64,000 nucleotides of DNA from Gemmatimonadaceae bacterium. GTDB lineage: Bacteria > Gemmatimonadota > Gemmatimonadetes > Gemmatimonadales > Gemmatimonadaceae. Below, piece after piece: positions 57,812-64,000 of this stretch (the stretch's first letter is position 1; each line of letters starts with the position of its first letter). Position numbers and translations under genes: made by a program. The notes beneath the pieces were generated by a model. It worked only from the letters and a program-made list of their open reading frames with translations, was not told the origin of the DNA and did no database searches. The stretch covers positions 64,001 to 128,000 of the forward strand of contig JBGAJQ010000001.1 in assembly GCA_044224875.1 (NCBI GenBank), read 5' to 3'.

Positions 57812-59548
57812 ATGCCTGTCCAACACTCGTTCCGCAAGATGTGGTTGATCACCGCCTCCCTCCTGGCGCTGAGTGCCTGCGTGGTTCGTCGCGCGGACGC
57901 GCCGTCCGCCGGTGGGTACGATGTCATCATCGAGGGCGGGCGCGTGGTGGACGGAAGTGGTGATCCCTGGTTTTACGGCGACGTCGCGTTGCAGGGAGAT
58001 CGCATCGCGCGGATCGCACCTCCCGGCATCCTGAAGAATGCAGCGGCGAAGTCCCGCATTAACGCGCGCGGGTTGGTCGTCGCCCCCGGCTTCATTGATA
58101 TCCAAAGCCACTCGCGCGACGCCTTCCTGACGGGAGACAGCCGTGTGATCAGCAAGATCACGCAGGGCATCACCACCGAAATCATGGGAGAAGGCTGGAC
58201 GAACGCGCCGTCCAATGACAAGACGATGTCATCCCTGTCGTCTGTTGACCCGGGCGTCGCGCCCGACTCGGTCAACCGGAAGTTCATGGGGCCCGACGGC
58301 TTCAACACGTGGCTGGAGTACATGGAACGGCGTGGCGTCACGCCAAACATCGGTTCATTCATCGGCGCCACCACGTTGCGGGTGTACGCGAAAGGATCGG
58401 CGCAAGGCGCAGCCAGCCCGGCAGAACTCGACTCGATGCGGGCGGCCACGCAACGCGCCATGCGAGACGGAGCCTTCGGCGTCGCCAGCGCGCTCATCTA
58501 TCCTCCCGGCAATTTTTCATCCACCGAAGAGTTGATCGAGATCGCCAAGGCGATGTCGCCATTTGGCGGCGTCTACATCTCGCACATGCGCTCTGAGGCC
58601 GACCAGTTTCTCGAAGCCATTGACGAGTTGCTACGCATCGGGAAGGAAGGCGGTGTTCCGGTCGAGATCTACCACCTCAAGGCCGGGGGCGTGCGCAATT
58701 GGCCCAAGGCAGCACAGGCTATTGCCAAGATCGACTCGGCACGTGCGACAGGACAGGACGTGCAGGCGAGCATGTATCCGTATGTCGCGGGCGGGACGGG
58801 TTTGTCGGCGTGTACACCGCCCTGGGCCTCCGCCAATGACAAGTTGCTCGACAACCTTCGCGATCCGGCGACGCGCGCCAAGATCGTGCAGGAGATGAAT
58901 GCCGCCAAGACATCGTGGGAGAATCTCTGCTCCCTGGCGACGCCAGCGGGAGTGATGGTGGTGGGGTTCAAGAAGCCAGAGCACATGAAGCGGGAGGGTC
59001 AGCGGGTCTCCCAGATCGCCACGGAGCTGAAGAAAGACTGGGCCAATACGGTCATCGAGTTGTTGCTGGCGACGGACGGCCAAGTCGGCATGCTGGTCTT
59101 CATGATGAGCGAGGACAACGTCGAGCTTCAGCTCAAACAGCCATGGATCACGTTCGGCACGGACGCCGGAGGCGTGAACCCGGACTCTACCCGCCAGCTC
59201 GTCCACCCGCGTTCCTACGGAACCTTCCCTCGGATCCTTGGCCACTATGTGCGCGACCGGGGTGTCATGTCCCTGGAGGAGGCCGTACGGAAGGCCTCGT
59301 CGGGCGTGGCCACCCGCCTCTCGATCCAGGAGCGCGGACTGCTGCGCGAGGGCCTCTATGCCGACGTCGTCGTATTCGACCCCGCGACGATTGCCGATCG
59401 GGCGACCTTTACCCAGCCACACCAGGTGTCCGTGGGGGTCCAGCACGTGTTCGTCAATGGCATACAGGTCGTAGCTGACGGAAAGCACACGGGTGCCAAA
59501 CCAGGACGCATCGTACGCGGACCGGGCTGGACGGGGCGAACACCATGA
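57812..59548 (+). CDS. D-aminoacylase family lipoprotein 2
   Basis: GGGAG at 57801-57805, ATG 57812; lipobox LSAC; PGFIDIQSHS, SHMRSE, YHLK, GTD, HPRSYGTFPRILG. Confidence 0.88.
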   Translation: MPVQHSFRKMWLITASLLALSACVVRRADAPSAGGYDVIIEGGRVVDGSGDPWFYGDVALQGDRIARIAPPGILKNAAAKSRINARGLVVAPGFIDIQSHSRDAFLTGDSRVISKITQGITTEIMGEGWTNAPSNDKTMSSLSSVDPGVAPDSVNRKFMGPDGFNTWLEYMERRGVTPNIGSFIGATTLRVYAKGSAQGAASPAELDSMRAATQRAMRDGAFGVASALIYPPGNFSSTEELIEIAKAMSPFGGVYISHMRSEADQFLEAIDELLRIGKEGGVPVEIYHLKAGGVRNWPKAAQAIAKIDSARATGQDVQASMYPYVAGGTGLSACTPPWASANDKLLDNLRDPATRAKIVQEMNAAKTSWENLCSLATPAGVMVVGFKKPEHMKREGQRVSQIATELKKDWANTVIELLLATDGQVGMLVFMMSEDNVELQLKQPWITFGTDAGGVNPDSTRQLVHPRSYGTFPRILGHYVRDRGVMSLEEAVRKASSGVATRLSIQERGLLREGLYADVVVFDPATIADRATFTQPHQVSVGVQHVFVNGIQVVADGKHTGAKPGRIVRGPGWTGRTP

Positions 59549-60264
59549 CACCCCAGGGCGCCAAGGTCACGCTGAGCCGCCGCGCGGCCCGGCCAGAACA
59601 GGTGTACCAGAAACTCCGCGAGCTGATCGTGCGAGGACAGCTGGCACCGGGGAGCCGCGTGATCGAGACCGACGTGGCCACTCGGCTCAACGTCAGCCGT
59701 ACCCCCGTACGCTCAGCGCTCCAGCGGCTACAGCAGGAAGGATTCATCGTGGACACGCCGTCGCTGCAACAGTCACGCCCGACGGTTGCACCCATGACGA
59801 CGGAGGACGCGCGCGAACTGTTCAATATCGTCGCCGAAATCGAGGGCCTGGCTGCCCGCATGGCCGCCACGCAGCCCGCACAGGAACGGCAGGTGCTGGC
59901 GGGCGAACTCGCACTCATCAACGAGCAGTTCCGCAAGGCGTCGGATGCGAAGCACCCGAATCACAACCGCTTGTGGGAGCTGGACGAGCGGTTTCACCGG
60001 TGTTACGTGGAGGCGGGTTCGGGGCCACGGTTGTTGAGCCTGCACGACTCGGTGAAGCCGCAAGCCGAGCGATACGAGCGCCTTTACGTCTCGCTGCTGA
60101 CGCGCGAAATCGCCACTTCGGTTGCCGAACATGGGGCGATCGTACGGGCCATTCGCGCTGGCAATGCGGACGCGGCACAGTACGCAGTGCAGATCAACTG
60201 GCGGAATGCAGCCGAACGGCTAGCCTCAGTGATCACGAACGTTGGTGAACGCGGCAAGTGGTAG
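59545..60264 (+). CDS. GntR-family regulator (FCD domain)
   Basis: wHTH LNVSRTPVRSALQRLQQEG; FCD DERFH...EHGAIVRAI. Confidence 0.92.
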   Translation: MTPQGAKVTLSRRAARPEQVYQKLRELIVRGQLAPGSRVIETDVATRLNVSRTPVRSALQRLQQEGFIVDTPSLQQSRPTVAPMTTEDARELFNIVAEIEGLAARMAATQPAQERQVLAGELALINEQFRKASDAKHPNHNRLWELDERFHRCYVEAGSGPRLLSLHDSVKPQAERYERLYVSLLTREIATSVAEHGAIVRAIRAGNADAAQYAVQINWRNAAERLASVITNVGERGKW

Positions 60265-60312
60265 TGGAAACGAGTCAGTACGGGAATCAAACGCGCAAGG
60301 AGCAGAATACCG

Positions 60313-61500
60313 ATGACGCATGAACCGATGAGCCGACGCACGGCACTACAACACGTCGCGCAGGGCACGGCGATGTTGGCGTTGGCGCCCTACGTCTCCG
60401 TGGGTCGTTTTCGGCTCTTTCCCTGGAGCCACACCGAGTATTCCGCCAGATGCATCAAGCTCGTCGGCGAGTCCACGGTCATCGACATGCTCGGGCTGTT
60501 GTCACTGGGTCCGAATGGTGAGAAGTGGATGACGAATCCCGATTCGTTCACGGATGCGGACCTGCAGCGGTTTCGAGACTCCGGGATCAACGTCTTTCAC
60601 ACCGCGACCGGAACCGGCGGTCCGTCTGTATACGAGGAGACGTTCTGGTTTCTCAGCGGATTCAACGGCTTTGTGGCGGCCCACAGCGACAGCTTTTCAC
60701 GCATCGACTCCGTCGACGACTTTGCCCGCGCGAAGGCGGCTCGGAAGATCGGCATCATCCTGGGTGTCCAGAACTCCGAGCATTTCCGGACCACGAAGGA
60801 CATCGACAATTTCTATGCACTGGGCCAGCGCGTGTCGCAGCTGACGTACAACACCCGCAACATGATCGGCAACGGCTCCACCGAGCGGCGCGACGAGGGG
60901 ATCAGCGACTATGGCGTCGAGGTGATCCGAAAGATGAATGAGGTCGGTATGGCGGTCGACGTCGGTCACTGCGGCGATCGCACGTCCCTGGAGGCGTTTG
61001 AGCTGTCAAAGACACCAGTCTTGATCACCCACTCCAACGCGCGCGCCCTGAACCCGGGCCACCCGCGCTGCAAACCTGACGAAGTAATCCGCGCCTGCGG
61101 CAAGGCCGGGAGCGTCATGGGCATTACCGGTGTTCGGAATTTCGTGAAGGGGAGTGAGCCCACGACAATCGAAGACGTGGTCAACCATTTCGACTATGTC
61201 TCGAAGATGATCGGCGTCGAGCATGTCGGCGTGGGCAGTGACATCGATCTCGACGGATACGATGACATGCCACCCGAGCAGTACAAGCAGTTGAAAGCGG
61301 CCTACAAAGGGAGCTATGCCTTCCGCGACAAGATCGACATCGAGGGACTGGATCACCCGAAACGCATGTTCGACCTCACGGAGGCGCTGATACGTCGGGG
61401 GTACTCGGACGCCGACATCACAGGAATTCTCGGGGGCAACTGGATTCGGGTCTTGAAGGAGTCGTGGACCCCCATCAAGCCGCCCGCGCCCGCCAAGTGA
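60313..61500 (+). CDS. Tat-signal membrane dipeptidase (M19) family protein
   Basis: SRRTAL; QLTYN, MNEVGMAVDVGH, ITHSN, HVGVGSD, ILGGNW. Confidence 0.85.
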   Translation: MTHEPMSRRTALQHVAQGTAMLALAPYVSVGRFRLFPWSHTEYSARCIKLVGESTVIDMLGLLSLGPNGEKWMTNPDSFTDADLQRFRDSGINVFHTATGTGGPSVYEETFWFLSGFNGFVAAHSDSFSRIDSVDDFARAKAARKIGIILGVQNSEHFRTTKDIDNFYALGQRVSQLTYNTRNMIGNGSTERRDEGISDYGVEVIRKMNEVGMAVDVGHCGDRTSLEAFELSKTPVLITHSNARALNPGHPRCKPDEVIRACGKAGSVMGITGVRNFVKGSEPTTIEDVVNHFDYVSKMIGVEHVGVGSDIDLDGYDDMPPEQYKQLKAAYKGSYAFRDKIDIEGLDHPKRMFDLTEALIRRGYSDADITGILGGNWIRVLKESWTPIKPPAPAK

Positions 61501-61535
61501 GTTCATCCTCCACCGTGGTCTTCACGGAGAATCGC

Positions 61536-62948
61536 ATGCCCCATCGTTACTGGACGACACGTACGGTGCAGCTGGCGACGATCGCCCTGGTCTGCCTGGC
61601 GCCGGTCGTGGGGCGCGCACAGGATCGGGCTTCGGACCGGCGACGTACCCTGTCGCCGACGCAAACTACGACCGACGATCCCAGGCGCATCCCAATTCCC
61701 TCCACACCGCGCGGGCCCGATGGCATGCTGGTGCTGCGTGGCGGACGCGTCTTCGATGGCACCGGCGCGGCCGCGCGGCCGGGTACCGTGGTCATCAGCC
61801 GCAACAAGGTCGACCGCATCCTCGCTCCCGGTGCCACCGACTGGCCCAAGGACGCCAAGGTGGTGGACGTGCCGGGCATGACGGTGATGCCGGGGCTGAT
61901 CGACATGCACACGCACCTGACCTATGTGGATCCTCCCGGAAAGATGGCGGTGGCATCCGAAGACCCGGAAGTCACGCTGCGCGCCGTCGAGCGGCTGCGG
62001 TTCTTCATCGAGAGCGGCATTACCAGCGTGAAGGATGTGTCATCCGATGGCGATGTCACGTTTCGCCTGAAGGATTGGGTCAACGAGAACCGCGTGGTGG
62101 GGCCGAGGGTCTTCCCTGTCGGCCAGCTGATCACGTCGATCGGTGGGCACGGCGCGGAAGGGGAGAGTGACCTGGTGAAGGGACGCGCGATTCGCGTGGC
62201 GTCTGGCCCGGTGGAGTGGCGCGCGGCCGTACGCGACATGTTCAACCGAGGCGCCGATGCCATCAAGGTGGCGAGTCACTTCAGCAGGGACGAGGTCCGA
62301 GCCGCCGTGGAGGAAGCGCACGCGTTAGGCCTCAAGGTCACGTGTGACTGCGAGAATTTCTATATCCAGTGGGCCGTGGAAGCAGGGGTCGACATGATCG
62401 AGCACCCCTTGCCTCGAACCGACGAGACGATTGCCCTCATGGCGCAGCGCGGTGTGGAAGCGGATCCGACGGTGTACATCTATACGATCCTGTTCGCCAA
62501 CAGCGGTGGCGGCTATTTCGGTTCAACCTCGCGGCGCTTCATGTTCAATGACAGCCTCAATTTCGGCGTCATGCAACGGATGAGGCGCGCCGGCATCAAG
62601 ATGGGTGTTGGAACGGACCTGGTCGTCGACTGGTTCCGCTACTTGCCGGCGCCGTACATCAATGAGCTGAAGTACTTCGTCCAGGCGGGCTACACGGTCC
62701 CCGAGGCGCTGGTCGCCGCCACCAAGACGAACGCACAGATGCTCGACATGGACGACAAGTTGGGCACCTTGGAGCCGGGCAAGCTTGCCGACGTGCTCGT
62801 CGTGAATGGCCGGCCCGATGAGAACCTCGACGATCTGGCGAAGGTGCATACCGTGATTCGCGATGGATGGATCGTTGTGCAGAACGGACAGGTGCAGGTG
62901 GCACCGCACGTTCCACGCCCGGCGCCGGCGATCTGGAAGTCCAAGTGA
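61536..62948 (+). CDS. Exported amidohydrolase (Xaa-Pro dipeptidase/imidazolonepropionase-like)
   Basis: GGAG at 61526-61529, ATG 61536; signal peptide; PGLIDMHTH, GADAIK, IEH, GTD, GTLEPGKLAD. Confidence 0.85.
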   Translation: MPHRYWTTRTVQLATIALVCLAPVVGRAQDRASDRRRTLSPTQTTTDDPRRIPIPSTPRGPDGMLVLRGGRVFDGTGAAARPGTVVISRNKVDRILAPGATDWPKDAKVVDVPGMTVMPGLIDMHTHLTYVDPPGKMAVASEDPEVTLRAVERLRFFIESGITSVKDVSSDGDVTFRLKDWVNENRVVGPRVFPVGQLITSIGGHGAEGESDLVKGRAIRVASGPVEWRAAVRDMFNRGADAIKVASHFSRDEVRAAVEEAHALGLKVTCDCENFYIQWAVEAGVDMIEHPLPRTDETIALMAQRGVEADPTVYIYTILFANSGGGYFGSTSRRFMFNDSLNFGVMQRMRRAGIKMGVGTDLVVDWFRYLPAPYINELKYFVQAGYTVPEALVAATKTNAQMLDMDDKLGTLEPGKLADVLVVNGRPDENLDDLAKVHTVIRDGWIVVQNGQVQVAPHVPRPAPAIWKSK

Positions 62949-63044
62949 GTGTTGTGGTTCAACTAGTGTTACCCGTCAGCTATAACACGGTCGCCGTTGG
63001 CAGGTGTCGACCGGTCGGTCCCCTACCTGTGCTGGCTCATCAAC

Positions 63045-64000
63045 ATGCCTTTTGACATGACCCAACTTCGCCGGCCGACGCGCGCCTCCCGCGCCGCGGG
63101 GACGTTCCTCTTCTCGATCAGCCTCGTGGCGGCCTGTTCTCGCGCAACGCCAAAGACCTCGCCCACGCCGTCGATGGTCGGGCAAGGGGCAAAAGAAGCC
63201 ACCGATGCAGGGGCCCGCACCGGTCGCCCCGAATACGATGTGGTGATTCGGAACGGACGTGTCATCGATGGTTCGGGGAATCCATGGATCAACGCCGACG
63301 TCGCGATCCGGGACGGTCGGTTCGTCGCCATCGGCAAGATCCGTGGCCGGGGCGAGCGGGAAATTGACGCGCGAGGCCTCTACGTCACGCCTGGCTGGAT
63401 CGACATGATGGATCAATCGGGCGCAGTGCTGCTCAAGAACGGCCAGGCAGAGTCGAAGCTGCTGCAGGGCGTCACCACGACGATCGCCGGTGAAGGCGGC
63501 TTCCCCGTGCCCGCGAGCGGCATCGAGAAGTACTTCCAGACGTTGGAGAAGCAGGGCATCAGCATCAACTTCGGTTCGTACTATAGCGAAACGCAGGCCC
63601 GGGTTGGGGTGCTCGGCATGAGTGCGCGCAAGCCGAATGGCGAAGAGCTGGATCGCATGAAGGCCAGCATGGATACGGCCATGCGCGCTGGGGCCATGGG
63701 GATGACGACGGCGTTGATCTATCCCCCGAGTTCGTACGCGACGACGGATGAGCTGGCGGCCGTCGCGTCTGTGGCAGCGAAGTACGGGGGACTGTATGCG
63801 TCGCACATGCGCGGCGAAGGTGCGGAGGTCGTGCAATCCGTGCGCGAGCTGATCGAGATCAGCGAGAAAGGCGGCCTTCCTGGGGAAATCTTCCACCTCA
63901 AGGCGGCGTACAAACCCGGATGGGGGGTGCTGATGGACAGTGTGCGGCAGGTGGTTGAAGCTGCACGCGCCCGTGGTCTGGAGATCGCGGCGGATATGTA
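63045..64000 (+). CDS. D-aminoacylase family lipoprotein 3, truncated by the window end
   Basis: Not in the ORF track because it has no stop in the window; translated by hand from ATG 63045/63057: lipobox VAAC, YDVVIRNGRVIDGSGNPW, PGWIDMMDQS, LIYPP, SHMRGE, FHLK. Confidence 0.85.
   Translation, partial: MPFDMTQLRRPTRASRAAGTFLFSISLVAACSRATPKTSPTPSMVGQGAKEATDAGARTGRPEYDVVIRNGRVIDGSGNPWINADVAIRDGRFVAIGKIRGRGEREIDARGLYVTPGWIDMMDQSGAVLLKNGQAESKLLQGVTTTIAGEGGFPVPASGIEKYFQTLEKQGISINFGSYYSETQARVGVLGMSARKPNGEELDRMKASMDTAMRAGAMGMTTALIYPPSSYATTDELAAVASVAAKYGGLYASHMRGEGAEVVQSVRELIEISEKGGLPGEIFHLKAAYKPGWGVLMDSVRQVVEAARARGLEIAADM

Larger units (their letters stand above)
1585..62330. repeat. Dispersed short motif CGTTAGG(C)/(G)CCTAACG, 33 heptamer copies counted by eye
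   Basis: Heptamer starts: 1585, 2059, 2339, 3225, 10654, 11557, 13781, 14652, 14999, 17607, 18404, 20404, 22349, 23292, 26738, 27473, 32118, 32836, 34292, 36709, 40614, 42815, 45175, 45993, 47725, 50125, 50632, 52149, 54490, 54969, 55745, 56102, 62323. Confidence 0.85.

Noticed and set aside
1585..62330. Dispersed motif as Chi/KOPS, REP or CRISPR repeat
   Set aside because: No strand polarity (12 versus 10 octamers), non-palindromic, mostly intragenic and irregularly spaced.
1..64000. tRNA, rRNA, CRISPR, IS, integrase, phage or defence genes
   Set aside because: None recognised by eye and composition looks uniform; a tRNAscan/Rfam run would be needed to exclude small RNAs.

Overview
GC-rich (about 65% by eye), gene-dense chromosomal window with about 45 CDS and no rRNA, tRNA, CRISPR array, transposase or prophage gene that I can see. 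Gene content (many exported amidohydrolases, BNR/VPS10 propeller proteins, TonB-related proteins, a Hanks kinase, chlamydial/plant-type FabI) suggests a Gemmatimonadota-like bacterium; this is inference. Modules from left to right: ECF sigma/zinc anti-sigma pair; exported phosphoesterase and amidohydrolase; a FecI/FecR/TonB-receptor signalling unit; a cNMP-kinase / Zn-finger / receiver-thioredoxin-reductase module whose reductase has no cysteine; glnS; a four-gene operon with a putative di-heme cytochrome b561-like protein and two Tat-exported Rieske proteins; two paralogous 1130-aa BNR hydrolases; two ZU5-like lipoproteins ending in HFSGY; and a 14-kb D-amino-acid cluster (GNAT-NSAR/OSBS-M20, three D-aminoacylase-like lipoproteins, dipeptidase, GntR and a palindromic operator). 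The strongest DNA-level signal is a dispersed non-palindromic motif, CGTTAGG(C)/(G)CCTAACG. I counted 33 copies by eye, on both strands and in several reading frames; they force rare codons and supply six stop codons. Several start codons were moved relative to the ORF track using RBS, overlap and signal-peptide evidence.
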